This document shows, in pieces, positions 1-8,701 of a stretch of 61,383 nt of DNA. The notes beneath the pieces are model-generated. The model saw only the letters and a list, made by a program, of their open reading frames with translations, was not told the DNA's origin and did not search any database. Each line of letters begins with the position of its first letter. Position 1 is the first letter of the stretch. This DNA is from a virus (lineage: Duplodnaviria; Caudoviricetes), in IMG/VR virus record IMGVR_UViG_3300036833_000473, positions 1 through 61,383 of that record; one strand, 5' to 3'. Position numbers and translations under genes: made by a program.

Positions 1-12
1 TCCTGCCAGAGT

Positions 13-138
13 CCGTCCGAGGGCTTCCTGCCGCTCCGGCACCTGGGTTCCGAGGGCGCCAACAACCTGAACAACGGACTCTGGCAGGAGGCCATTCGCC
101 AAAGTGAGCTCCCGGGCGGAAGCGCAGCCGCCACTGCT
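13..138 (+). repeat. Terminal overlap copy 1 (circularity signature)
   Basis: Identical to 61258-61383; bases 1-12 do not match and are probably an assembly tip. Confidence 0.95.
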
Positions 139-1917
139 GTGGCCAAAACCGGCGCCCGTCCGCCCACGGCAGAATTTTGGCATGACGCCATGTCGCTACC
201 GCAGCGGGCGCGCTACTGGTATGAATTGTCGGGCGAAAGTTTCACCGGCAAGCACATGGATCTCCCGTCCGAGCTCCAGCCTGGCTTCATCGACAATGTT
301 GCCGGCACCTCTGGCGGCGCGAAACCCTACACCAACCTCAAGCGGGCCATTGGCAGCTATGCGGAAAACTTACAGAATCAGCCGATCTATACGGACCTGC
401 GCGACCCGGTGTCAGTGCGCAATGCCTTGAGCCCGGCGCAGCTCGAATCTCTCAAGTACGGCAACTTTTCTAACACCATGCAGTACGTCAGCGGCCTGAG
501 CGACCGGCCGCCCCTGACCACTAACGACGTGCAGGTCGCCGACATGTTCGGCGTCAAGGGCAGCGACATCGGTAAGAACCCGGTCCTGTACGAAGTCATG
601 AGCCGCTACTTCAACAAGCTGCGCGACGCACAGAACTCCTTCCTCCCGGAAGGCGCCCAGCCCTGGGAATCGTGGCAGGCGCAGGCCCCGGGATGGGTTC
701 ATCAGCGCATCCTGAAAGATCCGACTTCCAAATATGACGATTACGCCATGGTGTTTCCCAAGATCATTCAGGAGTTGAATGATGCCGGTGTGCCCACCCC
801 GGGCGGCAAGGTGACTACAGACACGCTGATGGACCCGCGCACGCCCAATGTCATGTCGGGAACGCGCGAGCGGTTCATGGGAACGCCCACCGGAACGGTG
901 GAGTTCGCCACCCAGCGTACGCCTGAGGGAGCGGCAGCCTCTCAGATGCGGACCCAGCTCGATCAGCTCGATCCCAATCTTCCCTGGGTGCGCGACGCCA
1001 AGGCAAAATATGAGCAGATCCAGCGCAACGCCATGACCGACTTTGCCGCGCGGCATGACGGCGATCCCAGCCTGGTTTCTCAGCTGATGAGCCATCTTAC
1101 CGGCCGCAAATTAGATGTCTCACGCCTGGAGTGGAATGGCTACGGCACTTACGAGGGCGACATTAACCCCAACCTGCGCATCCCCATGGGCGGTACCGGC
1201 AGCCAGGGCTTTGTCAGCCTGACCAAGCCCCAGCGCGAGGCGTTCCTCTCCATCCTGGGCCAGGATCTGAACCAGGACGCCATGGCCGCATCCCACTTCA
1301 CCACCATGCCTGATGAGCAGGCCCACGCAGCTCACACTTATTCTGTTTTCATGCGGCGCTTCGATGGGCAGGTAGACCAACCCGCGATCCAGGAATTCAG
1401 CCGCCAGGTCGGCTACCCCGTGAACGTCTCGCAGACTCCCAACGGGGTTCTGGTAGACGTGAATATCGGAGGCGCCAAGACCCGGCCCACCTATGAGCAA
1501 GTCGCGAACGCCGCCAATGCAACCTTCGGCAGCGATCCCAACGTCCAAGAAATGGGATTCATCCCTCGCAGCTACGATAGCGATTACGTACATAATAGTA
1601 ATTATCAGGAGAAAATCGATGCCCATAGGACGACTGCTCAGCCTGGAGGAAGCCGACGCGCTGGGAATCCCCCGTCAAACGTCCGTAATCTCCAGCGTAT
1701 CCGGAAAGCCATCCAAGCCGTCGCCAAAAGCCGCGACGCCGAATTCGCCAACTGGACGCAAGCCGCCCAAGCGCGACTAGCGAAACCGGTAAAAGCGCCG
1801 CCCCCGCCGCCAGAGGCGACTTTGCCTCCTGGCGGTGCACACGGCGGCCTGGCGGCCTCCATTCTGGATCGAAATCCCTCGCGGGAATCAGTTCTGCGAT
1901 CCCTCTACCAACCGTGA
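139..1917 (+). CDS. C-terminal part of a large internal virion/ejection protein that starts at 58747
   Basis: In frame with the open frame running off the right end through the terminal overlap; WY / K..F / T.D / QA.GW motif series. Confidence 0.85.
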   Translation: MAKTGARPPTAEFWHDAMSLPQRARYWYELSGESFTGKHMDLPSELQPGFIDNVAGTSGGAKPYTNLKRAIGSYAENLQNQPIYTDLRDPVSVRNALSPAQLESLKYGNFSNTMQYVSGLSDRPPLTTNDVQVADMFGVKGSDIGKNPVLYEVMSRYFNKLRDAQNSFLPEGAQPWESWQAQAPGWVHQRILKDPTSKYDDYAMVFPKIIQELNDAGVPTPGGKVTTDTLMDPRTPNVMSGTRERFMGTPTGTVEFATQRTPEGAAASQMRTQLDQLDPNLPWVRDAKAKYEQIQRNAMTDFAARHDGDPSLVSQLMSHLTGRKLDVSRLEWNGYGTYEGDINPNLRIPMGGTGSQGFVSLTKPQREAFLSILGQDLNQDAMAASHFTTMPDEQAHAAHTYSVFMRRFDGQVDQPAIQEFSRQVGYPVNVSQTPNGVLVDVNIGGAKTRPTYEQVANAANATFGSDPNVQEMGFIPRSYDSDYVHNSNYQEKIDAHRTTAQPGGSRRAGNPPSNVRNLQRIRKAIQAVAKSRDAEFANWTQAAQARLAKPVKAPPPPPEATLPPGGAHGGLAASILDRNPSRESVLRSLYQP

Positions 1918-1930
1918 TTCAGCGGGGTAT

Positions 1931-2161
1931 TTATTTCTTCTTCCGGTCGGCCTTGTTGCGGATCAGGCCGTCAGAGATGTCGATTAGCGCCTCGATCGAA
2001 GTGGCGTTGCGCTTGGTCAATTCATCCAGACTGGCGAGCCGCTTGTCGAGTTCAACGATGGCCTTAGAGTGCTCCAACATGAGCGCCCCCTGCTGCCGTT
2101 GAACCTCCACGGCTTCGGACAGGATTTGCCGGATTTCGTCGAACTGCTCTTCGTGTGTCAT
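1931..2161 (-). CDS. Small coiled-coil hypothetical protein
   Basis: Heptad pattern; ATGA overlap with upstream gene. Confidence 0.7.
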   Translation of the reverse strand: MTHEEQFDEIRQILSEAVEVQRQQGALMLEHSKAIVELDKRLASLDELTKRNATSIEALIDISDGLIRNKADRKKK

Positions 2162-2430
2162 GCCGCCGGCCCCTCGCTCTCCAATAGCTCTACCAGAGCC
2201 CGGACATGCTTTTCCATCTGGCGCTGACGGCGCTCTTCGGTCCGGCGGGCGCGTTCGGGGGCCACCTCGACGCCGGCGAACGCCACCTGGTGCAGCGCGC
2301 TGCGCAGGTAGTCGGGCAAGGGGATAGCCTCTCTCGCGGCGCCCTTCTCGAGCGCGCGGTAATCTTCCATGGGCACGAGCAGGTGCATCTGGCGCGCATG
2401 GAACAGTCGTTTGGGGCGGCCGCGGGACAT
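2158..2430 (-). CDS. Ribbon-helix-helix-like DNA-binding protein
   Basis: RGRPK basic start, strand MHLLVP then two helices (EDYRALEKGA, LPDYLRSAL); promoter upstream. Confidence 0.6.
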   Translation of the reverse strand: MSRGRPKRLFHARQMHLLVPMEDYRALEKGAAREAIPLPDYLRSALHQVAFAGVEVAPERARRTEERRQRQMEKHVRALVELLESEGPAA

Positions 2431-2442
2431 AAATGTTTGAAT

Positions 2443-2472
2443 ATTATGGCATTTTTATCACTGATAATTCAA
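2443..2472 (-). promoter_or_regulatory. Sigma70-like promoter with palindromic operator
   Basis: Minus strand TTGAAT-18-CATAAT; palindrome TTATCA-c-TGATAA at 2455-2467. Confidence 0.55.
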
Positions 2473-2522
2473 GGTTAGCAGAGAGTGCGGGAGATGGGTG
2501 GCGCGAGGGATATCATAGGGCC

Positions 2523-4049
2523 ATGGCCACAGCCCCGGCTCAGCTCGAGTACTTCGTCAAGAACTTCGACTTCCTGCCGCCGCACGTGCAGGCGGCGGTG
2601 CGCGAGCGCCTGGAGGGCGCAATCATCGGCGACCGGCCGGAAGAGGCGCGTAACAGCTTCCTGCCCTTCGTGCGCCGCGTCTGGCCGGGCTTTATCCACG
2701 GCCGGCACCACGACGTCATGGCGGACGCCTTCGAGCGCATTGAGAGAGGGGAGCTCAAGCGCTGCATCATCAACATGCCGCCGCGCTCGACCAAGAGCAA
2801 GCTGACCAGCGTCATGTTCCCCGCCTGGTACCTGGGGAAACATCCAGAGAAGAAAATATTCGAGGGCAGCCACACGGCATCGCTCGCCATGGACTTCGGC
2901 CGGGATCTGCGCAACCTGGTGCTGACGCCGGAATACCAGAAGGTCTTCCCGGGGCTGCGCCTGGCGCAGGACTCTCGCGCCGCGCACCGCTGGAGCACGC
3001 ACGTGGGCGGCGAGTACTTTGCCGTCGGCAAGACCGGCGGCGCCGCCGGCCGCGGCGGGGACCTGGTGATTCTCGACGACCCGCACAGCGAGCAGGATGT
3101 CCTGAAGAACGCCAAAGCCGAGTTCGAAAAGACCTGGAAGTGGTACCTGGCTGGTCCACGGCAGCGCCTGCAGCCCGGCGCGGCAATTCTGGTGGTCATG
3201 ACCCGCTGGGGCGAGATGGACCTCACCGGCCAGCTGATCAAGCAATACCTGGAAGACGAAAAAGAAGTCGAGCGCTGGGAAGTGATCGAGCTGCCGGCCA
3301 TCCTGCCATCCGGCGACGCGCTGTTCCCGGAATTCTGGAAGATCGAGGAATTGCGCGCCACGCGAGCCATCCTGCCGGTGGCACGCTGGCAGGCCAACTA
3401 CCAGCAGGCGCCGACCAGCGAGGAAGGCGCCATCATCAAGCGCGACTGGTGGCAGAACTGGGGCGAGCCCCTGCCACCCTTGTGCGAGTACCTGGTGATG
3501 AGCTGGGACACGGCCTTCTCTACTGGCGACAGCGCCTGCCGCAGCGCCTGCATCGTATGGGGCGTATTCCGGCAGAAAACCCACGAGGACCCGCCGCGCG
3601 TCAAGACCGGCATCATTCTGCTCGATGCCTGGGCGGCGCGCGTCAACTTCCCCGAGCTCAAAAAGAAAGTCAAAGAGCTCCACGCCCAGTGGAAGCCGGA
3701 CTCGCTCGTGATCGAGAAGAAGGCCTCCGGCGGACCCTTGATCCAGGAGCTCTTCCACGCCGGCCTCTATGCCCAGGAGATGAACCCCTCTCGCTCCCAG
3801 GACAAGGTGGCGCGCACCAACGCGGTGGCCGACCTGTTTGCGAGCGGCATGATCTGGGCCCCGCTCGGCCAGCGGTGGGTGGAGCAGGTACGGGAAGAGA
3901 TGGCGGCGTTCCCGCATGGCGAGTACGACGACCTGCATGATGCCGGGGTGTGGGGCCTGTTGCGGCTGCGGATGGGAAATTTAATTCACCTGGGAAGCGA
4001 TGAGGAGGATGAGGAATGGCAGCCGCGGCCGGCGCGGAAATTCTATTGA
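2523..4049 (+). CDS. terL: Terminase large subunit
   Basis: MPPRSTKS Walker A, LVILDDP Walker B, VMTRW motif, SWDTA / IEKKASG / YDDLHD nuclease motifs; start set at ATG 2523. Confidence 0.95.
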   Translation: MATAPAQLEYFVKNFDFLPPHVQAAVRERLEGAIIGDRPEEARNSFLPFVRRVWPGFIHGRHHDVMADAFERIERGELKRCIINMPPRSTKSKLTSVMFPAWYLGKHPEKKIFEGSHTASLAMDFGRDLRNLVLTPEYQKVFPGLRLAQDSRAAHRWSTHVGGEYFAVGKTGGAAGRGGDLVILDDPHSEQDVLKNAKAEFEKTWKWYLAGPRQRLQPGAAILVVMTRWGEMDLTGQLIKQYLEDEKEVERWEVIELPAILPSGDALFPEFWKIEELRATRAILPVARWQANYQQAPTSEEGAIIKRDWWQNWGEPLPPLCEYLVMSWDTAFSTGDSACRSACIVWGVFRQKTHEDPPRVKTGIILLDAWAARVNFPELKKKVKELHAQWKPDSLVIEKKASGGPLIQELFHAGLYAQEMNPSRSQDKVARTNAVADLFASGMIWAPLGQRWVEQVREEMAAFPHGEYDDLHDAGVWGLLRLRMGNLIHLGSDEEDEEWQPRPARKFY

Positions 4050-4066
4050 AACCTGACCTACGACTT

Positions 4067-4747
4067 CTCTCAGCTACCAGGCCGCCGAGCGGGCATTCCA
4101 GTGTTAAGGCCGGGTCTCAGTTACCGGGCCGCCGGGCAGGCACTGTGACCCAACAGAACAGGGGCGCCAATGGCGGTCTCAGCTTACCACGCCGCTGAGC
4201 AGGCATTACGGCACGAGGCGATTATCATCGGTTTCGTCCCAGCTACCACGCCGCTAGGCAGGCACTGCAGAACAAATGCCGAAACGGTCTCGAGCAACCA
4301 GGCCGCCGGGCTGGCACTGCGATTTTACACCATCTCCCAGCTACCACGCCGCTGAGCAGGCACTGCGACGATCACGCGCAATGAGCGCATAATCACGCAT
4401 CCACTGAGTCCCAGCTACCAAACCGCTGAGCGGGCATTGCGACTCGGACAAGAGAATCGATGCTGTCTCGTCTCAGTTACTAAGCCACCGAGCAGGCAAC
4501 TTCCAAGCCTCCGTTATCCGGGTCTCAGTTTCCAAGCCACCAAGCAGGCATTGCAACCCCGCAAGCGCGGTGCGGCGCGGATCCGGTACGTCATCTCGGT
4601 TACCAAGCCACCGAGCAGGCATTGCAACACGGCGTAACTATCTCAGCCACCAAGCCACTGAGCAGGCGCTGCAACCTCCCGTGAAAGATTGTAAGACGTC
4701 CCTGAAAGGCTGTCTCAGCTATCACGCCGCTGAGCAGGCACTGCAAC
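4067..4747 (-). CRISPR. CRISPR array, 12 degenerate 36-37-bp repeats and 11 spacers (10-38 nt)
   Basis: Repeats start at 4067, 4114, 4176, 4236, 4287, 4334, 4408, 4470, 4522, 4593, 4640, 4712; minus-strand consensus GTTGCAGTGCCTGCTCAGCGGCTTGGTAGCTGAGAC with 3' hairpin; 10 bp from the effector stop codon. Confidence 0.92.
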
Positions 4748-4757
4748 AGTCCCTATT

Positions 4758-6503
4758 CTATACTGTTGATCCCATGCCCTCCTCTCCCTCGCTTGGCGAG
4801 CGGTCCCCGGAACCCGGCAAAATCTCCGGACTATCTGACTGATTCTTCGTCGGTGCCGCCTTGCCGCTCGCCAGCAGATTGATGGCCGCATTATGGTCCT
4901 GATCCCAAAGCTCACCGCACTGACCGCAGCGGTGCAGCACGCTGGCCGCCTGGTCCCAGACCTCGGCGTGCCCGCAGGCGTGGCAGGTGGAAGTGCTGTA
5001 GGCCGCCGGCACGATGCGGACTTCAACTCCCTCGCGCTTACAGGCGTTCACTACCGCGCCGCGGAAGACCGAGGGACTGAGCATCTGGCGGTAGCTGCCA
5101 ATGGTTTTATTCTTTTCATCTTCCTTGGGCTCGGCCACCTGGCGCAGGTCGAACTTCTCGAGGATGACGGTGGCGTATCTAGCCGCCAATTGAGCGGCAA
5201 AGATGCGGTACTGCTCGCGCACGCGCAGGGTCATCTGGTCCTGCTGGTTGCGCCACCAGTTGGTGAGGTGCAAGTATTGCCTGCGCCAGCTGGTGGCGCT
5301 CGCAAATATCTGTGCGTCCTCGTCCAGGCGATGGTCGCCCCACCAGCGGATCAGGCTGGCCAGGCGGTCGCCGCTGCGCCATTGCGCCAGTGTCAGAGTG
5401 CGGCGTTGCCACTCGCTATCGAGCGACTGCCCGCCCAGCCACTTCACCAGCTCGGGCTGAAACTGGTCGCGCGCGCAGTCGGTAATGGAGCGCAGGTCGT
5501 TGACCTTTTTGAATTGCGCGATGTCGCTAGCAGGAACCAGCACCTCGCTATGGCTGCCCGCGTCATCCTGCCAGTAGGCCACACGGCCGCCGGCAGGCAG
5601 GAGGCGCCAGCCGATGTCGATGGCTACGGCAGCGCCGGGGTTCTTGACGGGAACCGGCGGCAGAGCCACGCTCACGTTCAACGCCCATTGCACCTTGCCG
5701 GCCAGCAGGCGCCGCGTGGCGCTGACGCTCTTGATGCGCGCCAGAGGCGGGATGTCGCGATGGTAGACGATGGGCAGGCTTACCCAGAGGGGCGTGCGGC
5801 TCTTCTCGCCGGAGCCGATACGCACGCGCGCGTAGCGCCACTTTTGTCCCGGGGTGGCACTGTCGATCTGGAAGAAGGTGTGCGGCCCCTCCACGCAGGC
5901 TTCCACGCTCGCGCCGTCAATGATCTGCGCCGTAAGCGTGCCCTCGCCGCGGAAAGAGCGGTACTTGAGCTCGCCCAGCTTGCGGCCGGTGTCGGCCGAC
6001 TGGATGACGGCGTTATAAGTCCCCCAGAACAGGCCCAGGCCCTTGGGGCCGGCCGCCCGCCGCGCGCGCTTAACGCGCCGGTTGCGCAGAGCGTTGAGCG
6101 CGTCCAACTGCTCCTGGCGCGCGGCGTGGCGCGCCTTCTGGGTGGCCTTCTGGTGCTCGAGCAGCATGCCGAGAGCGGAGCGTACCCGCGCCAGCTCGTC
6201 GTCGAGGTCGGGAGTCGCGACCTTGGTGCGGGCCTTCTGGCTCCGCGTCTTCTTCTCTTTCCAGAGCGCCTCCTTGCGTTCGCGCAGCTTCTCGATCTCC
6301 ACCTGCGCCTCGTCGCTCATGACGCGCCGGTAACCCGCGGTATGGTAGCGCTCGACGGTGACCAGCACGTTCCACAGGCGGCGCGCCAGGCGCATCTGCA
6401 CCAGCGCCTGGTCTTCGTTTAAGACGGGCGCGATGCGCGCGGGAACCGTGCCGTACTGGTAAACCATGGAACGCGTTTTCTGAGAGTCCTTCTGGTGTTT
6501 CAT
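4758..6503 (-). CDS. cas12m: Type V CRISPR effector, Cas12m (V-M/V-U1)-like, 581 aa
   Basis: LFWGTYNAV, FRGEGTLTAQI, RVRIGS, WVSLPIVYHR, RuvC-I AIDIGWR, RuvC-II ILEK, Zn finger CHAC..CGQC, RuvC-III DQDHNAAINL; adjacent array; RBS GAAAGG. Confidence 0.85.
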   Translation of the reverse strand: MKHQKDSQKTRSMVYQYGTVPARIAPVLNEDQALVQMRLARRLWNVLVTVERYHTAGYRRVMSDEAQVEIEKLRERKEALWKEKKTRSQKARTKVATPDLDDELARVRSALGMLLEHQKATQKARHAARQEQLDALNALRNRRVKRARRAAGPKGLGLFWGTYNAVIQSADTGRKLGELKYRSFRGEGTLTAQIIDGASVEACVEGPHTFFQIDSATPGQKWRYARVRIGSGEKSRTPLWVSLPIVYHRDIPPLARIKSVSATRRLLAGKVQWALNVSVALPPVPVKNPGAAVAIDIGWRLLPAGGRVAYWQDDAGSHSEVLVPASDIAQFKKVNDLRSITDCARDQFQPELVKWLGGQSLDSEWQRRTLTLAQWRSGDRLASLIRWWGDHRLDEDAQIFASATSWRRQYLHLTNWWRNQQDQMTLRVREQYRIFAAQLAARYATVILEKFDLRQVAEPKEDEKNKTIGSYRQMLSPSVFRGAVVNACKREGVEVRIVPAAYSTSTCHACGHAEVWDQAASVLHRCGQCGELWDQDHNAAINLLASGKAAPTKNQSDSPEILPGSGDRSPSEGEEGMGSTV

Positions 6504-6703
6504 ATAGCTAACCTTTCTTTCTTTTTCCCTTCGAGCATATGATGCTCGAGTCCGCCGAACTCGCCGGCCCAGTCGAGCAGGTTGGCGAGCCTCTGGCCGA
6601 CGAACTTGCGCGCGAGCGGCGCGGCCTTGACGATGACTCCATCGCGCGTAACCACCTCGATGGTGAACACGCGGCAGCTGATCCAATGCGTCAGTTCTTT
6701 CAC
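6500..6703 (-). CDS. Small phage hypothetical protein
   Basis: 4-bp overlaps with both neighbours. Confidence 0.7.
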   Translation of the reverse strand: MKELTHWISCRVFTIEVVTRDGVIVKAAPLARKFVGQRLANLLDWAGEFGGLEHHMLEGKKKERLAI

Positions 6704-6918
6704 AGCCAGGTCTCCACGATCACCGGATCGTCGCCGTAGTTGCGCGGGATACAGGTCAGCCCCTGCCCGGCCAGCATGGCGCGCAGAACAGCCAGGTCAT
6801 CGCTGAAGGCGACCAGACCGTCCGGGCGGTCGCCCTCCCAGGCGCGCACCACATACCAGTCCGGGAAATCGCGCGGATGGTCGTAGATGGTGTACAGGCG
6901 GACCTGCTCGACTTCCAA
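6700..6918 (-). CDS. Small phage hypothetical protein
   Basis: IYDHPRDFPDWYVVR...DDPVIVETW motif; coupled in operon. Confidence 0.7.
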   Translation of the reverse strand: MEVEQVRLYTIYDHPRDFPDWYVVRAWEGDRPDGLVAFSDDLAVLRAMLAGQGLTCIPRNYGDDPVIVETWL

Positions 6919-6919
6919 T

Positions 6920-7276
6920 TTACCCTTCCTCTGACTCTGGTAGAAATATTACCGCGGCTTTTTTCAGCCGCCGCAGATAATCCTGATCGGCGGTTTTGGA
7001 GGGCGCCCATCGAAAGCGGGCTCCGCCGAAAGTCTCCTCCACTTTCTCAAGCAAGCCACATTCAAAGAATTTCTTGGTATGGAGACTGACCGTTCGCCGA
7101 GGTCCTTTCAATTCGGTGGCAATGTCAAGATTGGAAAACCATCTGGTCCGACGAGCGCTGCTGAGCAGGTGGTAGACCTTAACTTCTGGCTCTGAGATCT
7201 GATCCATGCGCCAGACTGTACCACTACGTAGCATGGCTTGGAACGGCTTGGTATAGACAGGCGTATACGTCCTCAC
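6920..7276 (-). CDS. Winged-HTH protein
   Basis: WFSNLDIATELKGPRRTVSLH...GLLEK pattern. Confidence 0.6.
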   Translation of the reverse strand: MRTYTPVYTKPFQAMLRSGTVWRMDQISEPEVKVYHLLSSARRTRWFSNLDIATELKGPRRTVSLHTKKFFECGLLEKVEETFGGARFRWAPSKTADQDYLRRLKKAAVIFLPESEEG

Positions 7277-7461
7277 ACCGTTTCCTTCTTCACCAGGCGC
7301 TCCATCGGCACCCGGAAAACGACCACGTGCTGAGTCGCATCATGGCCGATCACCGTGGCTGCCTCCACTTCGATATCGCCCATGCCCATCAAATCGCCAT
7401 CGACCTCGCGCCACTCATGGTCGTCACCTGCCAGGCGGGTCATCACTTCGCGTACCGTCAT
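7273..7461 (-). CDS. Hypothetical protein
   Basis: Overlapping starts and stops in operon. Confidence 0.55.
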   Translation of the reverse strand: MTVREVMTRLAGDDHEWREVDGDLMGMGDIEVEAATVIGHDATQHVVVFRVPMERLVKKETV

Positions 7462-7795
7462 CCCGTGCTCCTTGCTTTCCCTCCGGCTTCAGCCAGTCTG
7501 TCGAAGAAGTCGGCCCATGGTGCTTGCCGGTCACCTCGGCGCGGAACTTGCGCAGATCGACCAGCAGGCCCGCCGCGTTCCCGGGATCGGCTCCGACATG
7601 CTCGATTACCCAGCGAAAGATGAAAGCATCGGTTTCCGCCGCCTCGGCGCACTCAATCATGGCCATGGCGTGCTCGCGCGCTTCGGTGGGATCCACCTGC
7701 GCGATGATCTTCTCGCCCAGGATCAACTGCACAAAGGGCTCGCCCTTGGAATTGATACCGCTCTGGTGCCAGAGAACGGGTGCGTCGCCGGTCAT
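7424..7795 (-). CDS. Hypothetical protein
   Basis: Protein-like composition; operon position. Confidence 0.65.
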   Translation of the reverse strand: MTGDAPVLWHQSGINSKGEPFVQLILGEKIIAQVDPTEAREHAMAMIECAEAAETDAFIFRWVIEHVGADPGNAAGLLVDLRKFRAEVTGKHHGPTSSTDWLKPEGKQGARDDGTRSDDPPGR

Positions 7796-8040
7796 GATTG
7801 TTCCTCACGTTCCTGCGTGATGGCATGGTGCATGGCGGCCAGCAGGCGGATCTCGTCGCGCACGCGCGCCTCCCGGCGCACGCCGCCGGCCAGCAGCCAG
7901 CAGTTGGCGGCCCAGACCAGGCAGGCGATGGCGACCGGGTAATTGCGGCCCGCGAAATTCACGATGGCGCATCCCAGGTTGCCCGCCATCAGCAGGCGCG
8001 CCAGCCAGATGCCGATACGGATATCGCGGTCCATACTCAC
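7792..8040 (-). CDS. Small membrane protein
   Basis: Two hydrophobic segments. Confidence 0.6.
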   Translation of the reverse strand: MSMDRDIRIGIWLARLLMAGNLGCAIVNFAGRNYPVAIACLVWAANCWLLAGGVRREARVRDEIRLLAAMHHAITQEREEQS

Positions 8041-8348
8041 CCCATCCCAACCCGGCCCAGGCGCTGCTCCACATAGACCGCGCGGCCGGCGTCATCGAGC
8101 ATGCTGCCGTCGGGCTCGATATGGAAGGCGGCGCGCAGATGGGCGTCGAAGATGAAGCCCGCAAACGGGCCGGCCAGGTCGCCCGTGGTGTCCAGCTGTA
8201 CGATCCCGGCCTGGCTGGCGTGGGCGATCGCCTCGGCCGCTGTGGTGAAGATGCCGTCGAACTCGACCATGCATCGCCTGGCGACGCCCCGCTGCGGGCT
8301 ATTCAGCACCACGCGGTCGCCGGGCTTCAGCTGGTTGACGTCGATCAC
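8037..8348 (-). CDS. Hypothetical protein
   Basis: GTG start at 8348 abuts the upstream stop. Confidence 0.55.
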   Translation of the reverse strand: MIDVNQLKPGDRVVLNSPQRGVARRCMVEFDGIFTTAAEAIAHASQAGIVQLDTTGDLAGPFAGFIFDAHLRAAFHIEPDGSMLDDAGRAVYVEQRLGRVGMG

Positions 8349-8563
8349 TAGGCCCTCTCCTCCACAAACGGTATCAGGTAGCTCGGATGCCCATGGTGCT
8401 CGGGCGCGTACAGGAAGCAGCCCGGCGCATGGATCCAGAAGTACTCGTCGCAGGTGCGGCAGTAGTCCATGGCGGGATGGTGGCCGCAACGGACGCAACG
8501 GCGGCGCGTGTGAGCGAGCGCGAGCAGTTCGGCGATTCCGGCGTCATCGAGTACGGGCATCAA
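8348..8563 (-). CDS. Small Cys/His-rich protein
   Basis: CVRC..CRTC. Confidence 0.55.
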   Translation of the reverse strand: MMPVLDDAGIAELLALAHTRRRCVRCGHHPAMDYCRTCDEYFWIHAPGCFLYAPEHHGHPSYLIPFVEERA

Positions 8564-8701
8564 TTTCTATGACTCCTTTCCGGGTCGCCCGCAGGCCCTG
8601 CCAGCCTGCGTAGAAACCGAATCTACCCAGCCAGAACTCGATCGACCACTGGCGGCGCAGGTAAATGACCAACGCCCTCCCCGCTCTCCTGAATCCAATT
8701 C

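Noticed and set aside
1-12. Unmatched first 12 bases as host or att sequence
   Set aside because: Falls mid-gene, far from int; likely an assembly tip
4758-6686. 642-aa version of the effector, or an IS200/605 TnpB call
   Set aside because: The upstream extension overlaps another gene, and the RBS and ATGA coupling mark 6503. There is no tnpA or IS ends, and an array follows the gene.
7627-7636. 10-bp seed match to the spacer at 4213-4235
   Set aside because: No TTN PAM; chance level
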